Shown: positions 15,214 to 29,826 of the stretch, one piece after another
Numbering within the stretch: position 1 is the first letter of the stretch
How the letters are laid out: each line of letters begins with the position of its first letter
From: Tubulanus polymorphus
Taxonomy: Eukaryota > Animalia > Nemertea
DNA length: 64,000 bases
NCBI RefSeq assembly: GCF_964204645.1
Contig: NC_134027.1
Coordinates: 15,904,485 to 15,968,484 of the forward strand
Reading direction: 5' to 3'
Notes under the pieces: model-generated
Told to the model about the DNA's origin: nothing
The model's input: the letters and a program-made list of their open reading frames with translations, nothing else
Databases searched by the model: none
Translations under genes and position numbers: made by a program

Positions 15214-15379
15214 CCTCCTATATATTCTTTGTGAATCTTCCATTAGATCTGATAATCGAGGTGTAATTTTGCTGGCATACATATTACTTAGCACCATATG
15301 GTCATGACTGAGTTTTCTAGAGCAGGATAATAACGTCTGCCAACATGTATATGTAGCAAATAATGGCCACTGTTCTCTC
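15214..15379 (-). CDS. SRGAP: srGAP-family RhoGAP, coding exon 3 (F-BAR region)
   Basis: REQWPLFATYTCWQTLLSCSRKLSHDHMVLSNMYASKITPRLSDLMEDSQRIYRR matches srGAP CW..LL...R..S.DH..LS..Y...EDS.R; acceptor TTTCAG, donor GTATGT; phase 2-0 fits both neighbouring exons. Confidence 0.9.
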
Positions 15380-17729
15380 CTGAAATTACAAAGCAACAGG
15401 TAATTACATAAACAAACTAGGGGTCAGGGACACGTATGCCTTCTTGTTTTTCCACCCATGAATGAGTACTGATGACACGAAGATGGCCGCCAATTGCGAG
15501 ATAATCGGCTGATCATAAATACCCGTCTCAGGAATTGAAGATCCCTTCCCGTAGAATAGCTTACAATCTAATAATTTCAATATTCAATGCCCCCCATAGT
15601 GACCACAAAAACCAATGAATCTTGAATCATGTAAATCATAGAGCATGCCACAAGATACAATTTTGCAAATGACTGAGATAACAAAATATGCCTAGGGCCA
15701 TCCCAAGTTAATTAATTGTCTGTTTGCCGTAACACCGACTCAAGTTTTCAGGATGAGTCGGTGGGTAGGTAGAAATTTTTATTTTGCAAAATTTTAGGGA
15801 AAAAAACTAGGGGTCCAGGGACACCATGCCCACTTGGGAAGTGGTTTCAAATGCTCATCAATCTAACAATTTCAATATTCAACGCCCGACTCAACACAAT
15901 CATAGAACATGTTATAACCTACAAATATGCAATGGATTGTGGCAACAAAATTAGCATAGGTACCAATATAATGTGGAAATACTAAGGGGCGATTCTCCTG
16001 AAAGTAACCTTGATTTGTGAAAAATGAAATTTGCTAGACAGCCAATTAAGGTGTCAAATATTAGCAAACACCCTATATTTGAGGATTCTAAACATGTGAA
16101 GTTCTCTACGCAATCAACAATGTGAAATTTTTCCTACCAAAGTCATATCCTGAAAATACTTGTGAAATGCTCACTGGGCACCATAAGGTCAGGGGCCTTT
16201 AGGATTGAAATTGAATGAAGTTTCAATGATTTTTGTTATTTTACATAGAATCTATAGGCCTATGTGTCTAATGACTAAAAATAAAGAGAAAATGAGTTTA
16301 AAGCAATTTCATTATTCACTAGCCTCAAATAAGAATCTGTGTATTTTGCATGTCCTGTACAACACCACAACTAGGACTACCTTTTTTTAAATTTCCAGAG
16401 TTAAAAGTGACCCATTTGCTAACTGAATCCAATTTCTCCTTAGTATATGAGTATATCATGCTATTCTAATATTCAAAATCATCATGGTTAGCATGGGGTA
16501 TCCACTAACTGCTAAATAATTTTGTCCTATTCAACACTTGTCCTGTACAACACATGATATAAGGCCTTAAAATCATTTTTAATGAATCATACTCTGCAAT
16601 TTAATGGTGGAAGATGTTAGATAAGGTGGCTGCTTACAGACACTTAACTCCAACCATTTTTATACCTTATTCATTACTACTTTTGAGGACTAATTTATAC
16701 TACCCAAAATATATTTAGTACGTGTGCCGCACAGTTTATAGATGAAAACGACCTATTTATCAGTGGTATTGATTAATTTTATAAAATACAAGTAATAATC
16801 TTGCCAATTATGATTTTTTGATTGTTCCCTGGTCACTTAGAATATTAATAACCTATGTCTTAGCACAGGTGAATCTGAAGCTGGATTTATGCTCGGTATA
16901 CTAGTTGCATAACAGACAGATACCAATTTCGTAGTATCTAAGACAGTGACGTTTCCACTGCTATTTGCATTATCATATCATTTGCTATTTGCGTTACTTT
17001 ATTATTTGATCAAAGTCATCAACGAACTCCATATTTTGTACTAAGCTGGATTAGTGCTGACTTTCGTTACATTGGATCTTCTGGTGACGGTGGTTACAGA
17101 TCTTGGCAGAGATGCATGCAGCAGCTGTTAATTCGTCATATACGCATTGAATTAATCATCGTTAAATTGCAACTTCTTTCGTCCCGTTCAGGCTATTCAT
17201 CGTGTTAAGACTGTTGGTGTTGCGTTAAACTATTTGTCGTGTTAAAACTATTTTTGTGTTGCGTTCAACTATTTTGAACTATTGGTCGCGTTGAATTATT
17301 CGTAGCGTCTTTACTAGTGGTTCCGTCCAAACTATTCGCGCAAGGAATTTCATCAACAGCAAGTCAAGCGATTGCCGGAGATTTAAGTATCTTTCTTTTT
17401 ATTAATAGTAATATCTAATTGTTGAGTATTTTTTGGCCACTAGACATTTTATACTTTGGGTATTTTTGTCCATAAGACATTTTAAAGTTTGGGTATTTTT
17501 GTCCATAAGACATTTAAATCAAGGTTGAGTCAGGCATGATGTTTTAGCTAGGAGTTAGATGTTTTATCGACTCATTTCATTTCCTATTTCATAGTTTCAT
17601 CGCAGTAATAAATAACCCATTATATAAAAATATTTTTGTTGTGTTGTGTCATTAGGAGAGGTGGTTGCGATGGTTTTTCGCGGTTTTTGGACCAACGGTG
17701 CACAGTGGCTGTTTAACACTCCTTGGCAA

Positions 17730-18231
17730 GTGCATTACAATGATGGCCGCCAATTGCGTCATAATTGGCTGATCAAAATGCCTGTCTCGGGTATAAAAGA
17801 TCCCTATCCAAGGAATACCCATCACAAATTGCAATGAGAAAATTGAAAACCAGTAGGAAGCTACAGGACCCAGAATTCGACCCAACTTTTTTCATGCTGA
17901 TGGGCCCTTGGGGGTTTAAAATAAATACAAAAGATCAAGGTAATTAATCAAAGCGTCTTCAAAATTCCCTATCCAAAAGTTCAAAAATGTGTAAACAGTG
18001 CTGATGTTGGCGATTAATAATGGCTGCCAGTCGGCCATTTTGATTTTGACAGGGCAAGTTTTCAGACTGAAGATGTGTCTTGGGTAGATACATGTACAAA
18101 CCAAATATCAAGACATTACATTGAAGAGTCTTCAAAACTTCCCAAAATAACTGGATCAGTCTACGGAAGGACGGATGGGCGAAAAATGAACGCAATATAT
18201 CGCTGGGACTAAAGTCCTGGGTGGGCTAAAA
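17730..18231 (-). mobile_element. Partial copy of the Helentron/HINE-like repeat at 26927-28022
   Basis: Colinear with ~27470-28022 (GATGGCCGCCAATTGCGTCA...ACGGACGG...GGGACT...GTCC..GTGGGCTAAAAA); further fragments at ~9760, ~12420, ~15414 and ~15806. Confidence 0.65.
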
Positions 18232-19431
18232 AGGCCTAACATGTGTCCCTTTGAACCCAGGAAGAAAGCCACTAAATATTTGGATGGATATATGAAAGCT
18301 GTGGATACTGGAGTGTGTAATGGGTAGTGTACTGTGATCTGTGTGCATTTGTGGCCAGCACACAGGTCACATTGTTCATTGGGGTTTGGTCCAGGACTCG
18401 CGAGATTTTCAACAACACGGAAGTAACGTGTAATAAATGATGACTTGAATTGCATGACTACCTATCACCCCTCATTATTGTTGGAAAACTAAACGTTCCG
18501 CACTGACTAAAAATTAGTAATTACATTTTAGAAATGGCCAGAATTTTAACTTAGGTTCTATCTCATTTTTATTTTACAATTGCGATTGGTATAATTTTTT
18601 TTTAAACGGCCGTTAAGGCTTCATGTTTCGTCTGCAATTCACTGCAAATAGTTACGCAACTACGCACATTTCAGTGTTTTTGGCAGCTGTACACTCAATC
18701 GGCACCGTTCGTGGCTAGCTTCACTGCGGAATTATCATTAATTAACATCGCCATATCACATCATCAACTTATATTGTGCCTTAAAACCCTAACAGCCGAA
18801 ATAATTGAAATGCACACACGATTTCTATCATTGAAAATTGAGAGAGTGGCCGTGTTTGTGTACTGCTGCTTCGCGTAAATCCTGCGCGGTGGCGCAACCG
18901 CGCGGAGTGGGGCCGTTAGTCATGAAATTTTAATGAAATCTGTCAATTGTCACGATCTCAGGGAAGCGCTACACATATGATAACCATGCAGAACTGCATG
19001 ATGATTCATCACACCTAATAGTGGGTTCTTTCCTCAAATAGAGCAGTAGGCTTATTGAAAATTGTAAGTTCTTTGACAAAGCTAGCAATAGTGAGTTAAG
19101 TTAACTACACAGTACAAGTCATGCGTGTGTAAAACACTGCAAGAGGCTTTACTAAGTGACATGGAACAATGAAGTCTGTGTTTATACAATTATTGATGAA
19201 CCGGTAATAAAATTGAGCATGTAAACCCGATAAATAAAATCTTCGAGCATGGCAGAACTTTTTTAGCATGGCATAGGGGCCTATCTTTTATTTGCTTGGC
19301 GGTAAAGGGTCATAGCATGGCAGGCCACCGTGTAAAAATCCCTCAGCGAGAACAATGTCAATGGTCTGTAGGCTTAAATGTTTCCCCTCAGTTAATAGAA
19401 TTAGCAATTGCAGTGGAAGCATATAACATAC

Positions 19432-19615
19432 CGTTGTTTCTCAGCTTTATGTCGTTGCATAGTATCTCTGACAAGTCGGTCAAGTTTACGTGCATATTCT
19501 TGTTCTATATCAGCCCGACGACGGTAAAAATCTTGAATTTCATTAAGCATCAAGACTTGCATATCCAACTTTTGATCCAGCAGTCTGAGTTGTTCATTTA
19601 ACTGTAAGCGGATAT
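19432..19615 (-). CDS. SRGAP: srGAP-family RhoGAP, coding exon 2 (start of FCH/F-BAR domain)
   Basis: (D)IRLQLNEQLRLLDQKLDMQVLMLNEIQDFYRRRADIEQEYARKLDRL matches srGAP IR.QL.EQ..CL.Q....QDFFR..AEIE.EYS..L.KL; acceptor TTTCAG, donor GTATGT; phase 1-2. Confidence 0.92.
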
Positions 19616-19689
19616 CTGAAATAAACATAGCATCATTAGTAATTAGTCATTAACATTTAAATCAAAATAGTTTCAAAGGCAAAAAAAAA

Positions 19690-20370
19690 TAAAGGACCAA
19701 TGGTCCAGTGGCTTGCCAAACTGGTGTGAAGTATAAATCTGTCACGTAGGCTACTGGTATGCAAACAATCATTTCATTGAAAATCGAACAATAAAAAAAT
19801 ATATAAAAAAGGACTCAATTTTGATCAGTGTGAGCTTTTAATGATAACTGACTTTTAATGAGAATGAAATGTTAGAAAAATTGATTATTTTATGGGCCTT
19901 TTGTCTGAACAAATGTTCATAATTGTAATACATCCCTTGAATGATGTAAAACAACTAAAACTATGAGTGACCCGATAAGATACGGTACAAACTTGGTGAG
20001 AGCCTGGGTTTCATCACTTTTATCATACAGACCAATAAGGACAGAAGCTCCCAAGTTCTTCAAATTTGAGGCCAGTCAGTGCCAGTTACTGACGAAACAA
20101 AGTTTATCGACTAACATGATTTTTAATAATTTCACGATAGGATTGCTTTAAGTAGCTTACATCTTCACTCAGGTTACGTGTGACCTACACCGTGGCGCAC
20201 GTACACCATAACTGATACATACACAGTGAACACGAGAGTATAAGGCTATATTGCCTACGCCACTGTACACGACTGTTTTCAACGTGAACGTTCCAATGTG
20301 CCCCAGTTAACAAACTAATACAAATAATCAGGCTCCAAAACGGATCGCCGATGCGAACGTTAATGATGAG
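19690..20370 (+). repeat. Dispersed repeat, second copy at ~48938-49500
   Basis: Shared blocks AAAGGAC.AATGGTCCAGTGGCT.GCCAAACTGGTGTGAAGTA, CAGAAGCTCCCAAGTT and AATCAGGCTCCAAAACGGATCG in the same order. Confidence 0.8.
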
Positions 20371-22589
20371 ACTTAGTTAGAAAATAGGTTTATAGTGCCG
20401 GCAATGATTTTGATGAAATGATATCGTTGTCATGGCAACGGACATCAATAACAATAACGAAGAACCAGAAACTATCCATCCTCAAGGTCATGTATATCCA
20501 AATTATTTGTCTTATTTGGAAGCCCAAAGGTTATCAACACCATGGTTTACAATGTATCAGTGTCAAATACATAGGTAACAATTTTCTGGGGGCCTCAAAT
20601 TATACCCAAATGAAACCCCTTGAAAAGTTGGTAAATGATTGGAAAAATTAATTCTTTTGTTGTTCTATTGCTTTGAAATTTTTTCTACATAAAGTAAGGA
20701 TATATGGCATACAATTTCAATTGGAATTGAATAGATCAGTGCATTTTGCTGGGAGACAGACCAGTTTATCTGAAACTTTTTCATGAATTTTTTTCATGGC
20801 GGCCATATTGGAGTATGTGACCTTGACCTCAAGTTCACTTATATCCAAATTATTAATGTCTACTTTGTTGGCCCTAAAGTTATCAACAACATGCTATATA
20901 ATTTTTCTGTGTCAGATAACCTGGTAACTATTCTATGAAGCCTCAAATATACCCCTATACCCCGAAATTCCCTCCAGTACAGCAGTGGAGACACTATGTG
21001 GTATTGAAAGGGTTCATAAAATGACTTCAATTAATGATGATAAAACAAGTATTCCAATCGTGTAAATATCAGACTCATCTCTAAAAATTCGATCCTTCAG
21101 TGAATCAGCCGTGTGGCGAACACGAAAGTAAATTTCCGCATTTTGAAACCACATTTTCGTCAGATATCTTGATGCAACGTTACCTTATGCACGGGATATC
21201 AAACTAGATGAATCATTGAACACATTGCACTCAATAAATCGTTAGGCCTATATGATACGCCTTGAATATCAGTATTCGCGCTAGAAATGATGAATATCAA
21301 TCTATTCAATCTACCGCCACGTTGTTGTGAAATAACGCGCACCAGCTGATCCAGCTTGTTCAATGTTATGACGTCATGATGGAAGTCAAAACCGAGTCAA
21401 CACAAATTTTATAGAACCAAGATTTTGAGGGGTTTCGTCTTTGAAAGCCCATAATTACCGAACCAAGCGTCGGATCTTGGCGATATAAAGTTCTTCCGAT
21501 TCAATTTCACATGTGTTATGGAATTTCCCGGATTTTGAATTGAAATACGTAACATTTCTGGAAAATCGTAACACCGTTATTTCAATTTAATTTACGTAAC
21601 CATTCCGGGAAAAACAGAATGCCGATGGTCGGCAGGTCTGCATTCCATAGGATTTTGCTAATTCTTGTCGATACCAGTGGGTATCCGAAGATGGGTCCGA
21701 GTAGCTCGAAGTTCCATACGTCGGAATATCGCATACCTCAGAATGATTTTTTTATAAATTGAGTCCTAAAATTGTGTACTTAAATTCTGAACATCGTCCA
21801 GACAATATTTTTTCAAAAACGCATCCCTAGCCTACTGTATTGCATTATTTTTCGTTAAAGGGGCTGTTGCAAGAATGCATATAATCAGCTGATGATCATA
21901 AGAATTAGAAGCGTGCCAGTCGCGCTAGTTCTCGGCTGTCTTTAATACGAATAGCCAATTGAATAGATGTAGGCGGAGCTATAGACTTGTCACTGCACAT
22001 CAAACCCACGTGTTTTTAAATTCTCTCAACTGGAAAGGAGGGGCTTTACTTGGCGTACTACAGTACGATGTTTTGATTGAAAAGATGACAAGTCAAATCT
22101 CCCGGGGGGATATGAGGTTTTGATTGAAATAACAATAAAAGCCTGTCAGATATGGTACATATACAATGTTTATTCAACATAGATTAGTATAAGAAGGATA
22201 ATTTGAGCCCACGTGTCAGCAACAATTTTTATTATGACAAAATTTGCGGACCTTAAGCCGGCCGTCGAATCGTCACGTCACAAGTGGCCGCGCAAGTCGG
22301 TTGCGATGCGGTAGTCTGCGACTGTGTGCGACTAGTTGCTGCCAGTCGCAACAGCACGCAGGTCGGTTGCGACGGTCGCGTCGCAGAAAGTAGAACATGT
22401 GCGACTCATTGCGACTGGCGTCGCTGGCAGTCGCAAGGTAGCGTAAATCGGTGAGTCGCTGCGACGCTGGCGGTCACAAGCCGTCGCAAGGCCGACCTAC
22501 GCCCGCCATAATATACCTCGGATATCGCATACCTCAGAAAAAATTTTGCAGTCCCAAGAATTCCGAGGTAAGCGGAGTCTACTGTACTC

Positions 22590-25115
22590 AAATAAATTAA
22601 ATAGTTACCTTGTTTACTTTGAAAACGTGTTTTATGTTAATAAGCTTATTTTTGATGATTTAAATTAGAAACCGGAGAATTTATTGAATTGATTTAAATT
22701 GAATTTTTGCCACAATCGGGATTTACAATATGGACTAAATTGATAAAATGTAAAAATTTAATATACGTCTCCCTTAAATTACCCTAAAAGTTATCTTTTG
22801 TTGATAAAACTTGAATTAATTTAGGTGAATTATACTTAAGGATTTGAAATGAGAATAATATCTGCTTTTTTGCATCAATGTCAGTCCAAGTTCAAGTCCG
22901 AATCCTTATTTACACACCCATCATGCAAATCGCAAAGCTGCCATATTTGTAACGTTGCTTCACTTTCTACTATTTTTCAACGCGACAAATCAAAAGTTTT
23001 GAGTTACTACGGTCATCAAAAGCTACTTAGGACATTTTATACCCAAACCGCAGGGGCTCTAGTAAGCTGAGATTACGTTCATTTGTTGAATAAATTCTGG
23101 TTATGAACAAAATATAAGATGCTCTTCACTTGAAGTTGAAAGGTAGAGGATTTTGACTGCCATAGCATTTGCTGAACAGGATATTTTTTGACGCCTTATA
23201 AAACGTTACCATTATGAAACCTAAACAATGTTAACCATTCAGCGTCATTTTACCAACGACAGCCGTAAATCGATGTGCAAAACGTCACAGGTCTATGTGT
23301 ACACAAATAAGCTATCTGGCAAAACATTATTGACATAGATGTAGAATGGCTTCCTGTGATTATATAATGACCTATATTTGAACGTCGAAATGTTATATTG
23401 CATTGAATATCATTAGAAGACGTATTGTAATAGTAAAGGATGTATGATTATATCAGAAGCGGCAGGCATAAATAGAAATGATAAGTAAATCGGATTATTC
23501 GGTTAAATGGCGGATGTATACACGATTTGGAAATCTGATATAAAAGTCAGACCCTGACGTGGGCATGCCGGTGGAATGACGAAGCTATCTACGATGTGTG
23601 TAGGGCCGGCGTGAATTTCATCAGCGGCTACAAGCGGTCAATATGAAAATGTGTAAACATATAATTTCAATATTCAAACGTTTTAGAAAATATGTTTGAT
23701 ATTAGGAGTATGCAGGTTTCGTGAGATTAGCAATTTATAATAGCATAGCTATCATATACGGCTCCGCGTCCTCTGATGGCATGTGTATTAGGTGACAATT
23801 CAATTCAATTCTTTATTGATCCTTATTACATTGAAATTTCGGGATAAAATTCCCAAATTCAATAAATACAAATTTTAAAATAAATTAATACAACATACAT
23901 GACACACGGGTAATTCATACAGAACAACATAAGCATGTTATTTTAAATGACAATGTCTACTTCAACCCACCCAGACTCAAGACTCTAGGATATCGAGTGA
24001 CAGCCAAACCCGTGGCCCGGGCCGGCTGGCTAGGCCACACGATATGCTCGAAGTCATGATGAAGCAGACATCAGAAGAGCTCGTTCTTCAACCATGGAGG
24101 CAATGAAGTTGCAGACCAGCTTAGAGGCATAAGTAAATGAAGTCGGTCGCAAGTTCGCGATCAATTATTGAGAATTTTCAATAAAAAAAATTTAAACCAC
24201 TACTAGAGTCGAAGACCCGCTGTATCATCTACCCAATCGCTAAATCTCATCATTCCCCAAATTTCTTAAAACTTCGATTTCAAATTTCCAATTTCACATT
24301 AGCTTAGCCCAGAAATTATACATTTTTTTCGCAGGCGTCAAATAATTTTCTAAAATTAATTTTCTTGTTGGAGTCTTTGACTCGTTTAATCGCGATTTCG
24401 AGTGTTGAAATATCATCAAATGGCCTTCTAGTAGACACATTTAGAAAATATAGGATGTCTTGAACAATTCAAAATGGATTTCACGGAAATCCTTTGGATA
24501 TTTTAGGAGAATAGCAAATTCAAATCGAAGTGTCTGTATACGAGTTTCCACCATTTTCTTTTTATATATGTAGTACCTTTGATAGGCCTATTGGATGATC
24601 TAAGCTACAGTTCACCCCCAAACTTCAAATACGAGCCCCTGTGGCCAAATTAATAGTTAGGCTAACTACCATTGGATTAGGCCTACAGAACACTCAGTTT
24701 GCGATAAGTTGATGATGTTTTAACCCATTCAGTGCATCTACACTGCAGTACGGTGTATGAATCGGTGATGGATTTTGTGAGTACACAGCAGTGCGGTGTA
24801 TTGATTTAATTAGTAATTAGTAATTATCTCTCTTGAAAAATGGCAGCACCTGTCAAACATAGTGAAATACTAATAACTAACGATACACCGCGCCATGATG
24901 TAGACGCACTATAGTGGAATTCATGTTATTCAACACACTAGGGTGGAATTTCTTAAAACTTTCAAATTATCTCCAGCACTATAGGGTATTGATTAGTCAG
25001 CACTGAAAGGGTTAAGGGGTGAAATAGATGCTCAAAGCTTCGTCCCTAAAAATGAGGGACGAATTAACCCTATGAGCACTTTCGCCTTAGACGTTGTTTG
25101 GGGAACGACGGCTAG
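22590..25115 (+). repeat. Expanded copy of the repeat at ~31250-31866, interrupted by later insertions
   Basis: 22590-23035 aligns to 31252-31685; 24690-24723 plus 25016-25112 aligns to 31730-31866. Confidence 0.75.
24724..25011. mobile_element. piggyBac-type MITE
   Basis: TTAA|CCCATTCAGTGC...GCACTGAAAGGG|TTAA; the paralogous empty site with a single TTAA is at ~31761. Confidence 0.88.
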
Positions 25116-25220
25116 GTACTAGACTAAGATTTCACCTATTACATTTTGGCAGGTGATATTTTGCCAATGCGGCATTATTCCTGTTAACGCTATTTTGCCA
25201 AGGGCACATTCTGATTGTTG

Positions 25221-25473
25221 TTCACTCAACACCACCCGTAAGTTTTCACTACATAGCCTCACCTTACCCTAACCCTAACCCTATCCCAAGGGGTAAAACG
25301 GACCATCGCGTTCACTCAACACCACCCGTAAGTTTTCACTACATAGCCTCACCTTACCCTAACCCTATCCCAAGGGGTAAAACGGACCATCGCGTTGGAG
25401 CCGGGCACCCTTCGTACATGACCCTAACCCTCACCCTCTGGACCCTGATCCTATCGAAACCCTAACCCTAAAC
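25221..25473 (+). repeat. ~90-bp tandem duplication with degenerate (CCCTAA)n telomere-like repeats
   Basis: 25221-25310 is repeated at 25311-25394; CCCTAACCCTAACCCTA runs at ~25267, ~25347, ~25422 and ~25460. Confidence 0.8.
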
Positions 25474-26926
25474 AATGATTTTATTGTCATATCTTATTAC
25501 TATATCTTATTATATATAGGCCTAGCCATATTGGCGAAAAAGCGTTTACTCTACTGTCTAAAATAATGCTGCACTGCCAATTTTCACATTTCTATGGTAA
25601 AATGGGTGTCACCATAGCAATGTGGAAATTATCTAGGGTGTTTTGTCGTTACTCATTCCAATATATGTATAACTTGTATAAGTAATGGCAGTATGTTTAA
25701 CTTATTAGGCCTAGGTTTTAAAGAGTTTGCATTGCTATCAGTCTGTTACCCCTATTGAAAAACACTTTGCTCTACTGAAAATAAGAAGCGAAATATCGCA
25801 GATTTTGGAACCTTCTAAATGAAAATGCTCGATAACTGTTGGGCAGATTTTCAAAAGTAAGGGCGTTTTAGAATCATCTTCAAGCCAGCTTTCCATTTAA
25901 ATCTATTTTTTTATGAATTACAGACTTTGAAATTTCTGTGAACCTGCCTAGCATTGGCATAATATCCACTTCCTAATTCCTTACATATTACCATCTCTGA
26001 CGATTTTTACACTAAAATTTATTGGAAAAATTATCTGAGACGTTGGCCTAGTATAAACTCAGGGAGTCAATCGTCTATAACCCCTCAGTCTGACTAGGAG
26101 TGCCGAGGCTAGGGTTTTAAGATCAAGTGATCAAACCCGGCCATAGTGCCGTTTTTTCCCACTTCAAAAGTTATGAACTTGATAAATTTAATAATTGTCA
26201 TCCGATTTACTTGAACTAAATTTTCGAGGAAAGATAATAAGCATCTTGTACTGTGTTGAAAATTCCATGTTGATGCATGGCGTAGTCGGCGAGTTACAAG
26301 CTGTTGGACTCCAGCCAACTTTAGATTGTTGATTGACAGGTGGGCGTGTACTCTTCACCGCGGATTTCAAAAAATGCAGTTTTGAGCTTCTAGGCGATCT
26401 CACAGAAAAGGGGCGGGACTGGGGATCACGAAAAATTCACAGGTGTTTTCAGAAGTTCTTGATTGACATCCAGGTATGCCGTACTTATTTGTACCAGCAA
26501 TTTGACCGATTTGGCGACACTTAAAAGATTTTAACGCAATATATTTCATCAAATTGTGAAATTTAGAAATTAGTTCTCCCCCAAGTGGGAAAACAGAGTA
26601 GTTTTAGTGTATCTTGCAAAAGGTTTTAGTTTGATTCGTTAAGCCATTGCTCTCAACATTTGGGGTAAAGTTGGGAAGTATCGAAAAATTGCTACATTCG
26701 GGTATTTTCATTCACTTCCGGGTTCGCGTAAGCGTTTGTATACATGTGTAAATCAGCCGTTAACACTAGTTTTAAGTTGTTTCAAGTCATTTTCTTTCAC
26801 GAACAATGAAATGTATTATAATTATTTTATTTTGAGCAACTTGGGAGATGATGTCGGCGATAAAGCTCAAGAAATCCTGAGTATCATTCTGAAGACCTTA
26901 GGCCGACCTCATCAATCACACTGCTG

Positions 26927-28022
26927 AACTAGGGGTCCAGAGACACCATGCCCACTTGGGAAGTGGTTTCCAATGCTCAACAATCTAACAATTTCAATAT
27001 TCAACGCCCCTGGTGACCATATACAAAAACCAACTCACCACAATCATAGAACCTGTCAGCAGCTACGATTTTGTAGGCCTAATTGAATGTGATAACAAAA
27101 TATGCCTTGTTACCAATTTAATATGGAAATACTAAGTAATTCTACTATTCAAAGCCCCCTAGTGATCATATGCAAAACCCAATGACCTTGAAACTCACCA
27201 CAATCATAGAACATGTCATAAACTACAACTTTGCAATTGATCATGGTAATAAAATATGCCTAGGTATCAATCTAATAAGGAATACTAAGTTAATCTACTA
27301 TTCAACGCCCCCTGGTGTCCATAAAGAATTACTAATGTCCTTAAAACTCACCACAATCATAGACGATGTCATGAGCTACAACTTTGCAACTAATTGTGGT
27401 AACAAAATATGCTTAGGTATCAATATAATGTGGAAAAACTTTTTCCCACCTATGAATGAGTACTGATGATACCAAGATGGCCGCCAATTGCGTCACAATT
27501 GGCCAATCAAAAATACTTGGCTCAGGTATAAAATATCCCTTTCCAAAGAATACCCATCACAAATTGCAATGAGAAATGGCAAACCAGTAGAAAGCTACAG
27601 GACTCAAAATTTGGGCCAAAATTGACATTTCTGGGCACTAAAAAGGTCATAGGACGGCCATCTTGAGTCCGATTGACCCAATTTTTCTTACGGTGATGGG
27701 CCCTTGGGCGGTTCAAATATATACAAAAGATCAAGGTAATTGATATAAGCGTCTTCAAAATTTCCCTCAAAAAGTGTAATCAGTGCTGATTTTGACGAAC
27801 AACAATGGCTGACAGTCGGCCATCTTGATTCTGACAGGGCCAGTTTTTGGGCTGAAGATGTATCTAGGGTAGATACACGTATAAACCAAATATCAAGACA
27901 TTACCTTGAAGCGTCTTCAAAACTTCCCAAAATAACTGGATTCCGTCTACGGACGGACAGACGGACGAACAACAAGTGAATGCAATAGCCCGCTGGGACT
28001 ACAGTCCCAAGTGGGCTAAAAA
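26927..28022 (-). mobile_element. Helentron/HINE (DINE-1-like) non-autonomous element
   Basis: Minus strand begins TTTTTAGCCCAC, then a short hairpin (TGGGACT.TAGTCCCA), a (GTCC)n microsatellite and ~150-bp internal tandem units (TATTCAACGCCCC at ~26998, ~27146, ~27299); ends CTAGTT. Confidence 0.6.
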
Positions 28023-29826
28023 TCATCAGTAGATGGACTCTGTCCCTCCCAAATAAAAATGTCCCTATAAAAACCAAACCGAAATTAAAATACAATATTT
28101 ATTCATCAAAAAATCATTTATTTGTTTTTCAAATTAATGATAAGCTACAATTGAAATGGCCTAAGCTGACTCTTAGTTTATTATCATGGACTTGGGCCAC
28201 TGCAAAATTTAAAATTGCTGTATTTTATTGCTCATATTAAATTCTCAATCCACAATTCCATTTGAAATACTTCCTGAGCTCCAGCAACCATTTTGATACC
28301 AAGGAGCAATTGTTGCTATAGTGGTTACCATGGCAACCAATTTTTATGTGTTGCGATGTCTGCAATTAATTATGGTCGGATATATTTATGCCTGTAAAGT
28401 TGTAACACAAATTAGTAAACATTTATCCTCTGTTTTTAGCTGATAAATGCCTGGATCTGCCAATGAGCCAATTAATTAAGCTAATTACCCTTAATTGGCT
28501 TAATGAATAATTAGTTTAAGTTTAATAATCAATAGGGTAAGTATTATTCTGAATTTTCCCTAAGTTTGATTGAAATCGGATGACAATTCTCAAAGATATA
28601 CAAGTTTCTTTTCTACTTTCAATTGTTTTTTAACTAAGAAATTGATCATTTGGTCACCACTTAGGCCTACATGCCTGTAGCGTGAGTTTTGGGTGGGGGG
28701 TACTTTTCCCATAATTTTGGACCATATCCCCAGAAAAATGAAGGTGAAGCTGACAGCACGAGCGCCGCAGGCGCGACCACCAAATGTGGGGGGTCTGGGG
28801 GCCCTCCGCCAGAAACATTTTTCAAAAAGATGTGTTAAAACGTATTCTGAGCGAGTCTGTAGAACATATAAATGTAACAGTAAGGTGGCTTTCAGTTTGA
28901 TTTAGGCCTATGAACTATAATTGCTGCTTTTTATAACATTTTACAATTAATTTTTCAATTCCATTCTTCGTTGCAAATGTGTCTACTTACACGAGTTACA
29001 TCAATTTTACTGTCATACTGGGTGTGAATTAGAGCCAGCGAACTGAGGCGTTCCTGTCCCATTTATTTTGTCCACGGCGCCCCATTTTGATTTTGCCGCT
29101 TATGGATTGATGTGAACTCAGTGTGCTTGTGCCGCAGTGGGTGGATTATCTAGTTTATGACTATACTGAAGCAGATTGAGTGCGGCACGTTAAACAGTTT
29201 CGTATCAGTTTGATCATATCAGGTTCTACACCATAGTAAAAATAGTATTTCAGTGCAAGACACAGGTGCGGACAGCTGGCCAGACAACATCAAACTAGGA
29301 TACTGAATGCCGTACTGTGTATTTATGTACGAACAAGAGGCCCATGGGCCTTGAAGCATAGGTAGATTATACTGTGGTATTAAGTGGTTATAATTTTTTA
29401 CATCTGCCGGCAAATCTTCTATGACGATGTTGATTGGGACTGACCACAGACTTAAAGGTCTATTTGTCTAGTACGATTTTATTCCTGAAAATGAATTTAT
29501 TTTCTGCCGAACGATTTAGCCTAGGCTATTTGTACTGTTAAACCTCATTAATGCGATTCTGTTAAAAAGATGAAACTAGTTTATTCTGATGTTTTCCATC
29601 ATGTCCCAGCCAAGATATTTATATCAATCAAGATTTGGATACAAAAACCCATTTTTACGCATGAACTGTTAGGCCCCACTGAATAATGAAAACAAAAACA
29701 GAACGATTTTTCTGAATGCAATTGCAAGACCCTCTGATCTTTGAGCTCCAAGCTCTGATGCATGTACGCATGCAAAACGTCGCAGAGAGCGATGCCGGCA
29801 TTGGTGTCACTGAGGCCGGCTGATGA

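Noticed and set aside
16823-17718. Solo LTR (TG...CA with AATAAA near 17607)
   Set aside because: No matching target-site duplication and no second copy in the window
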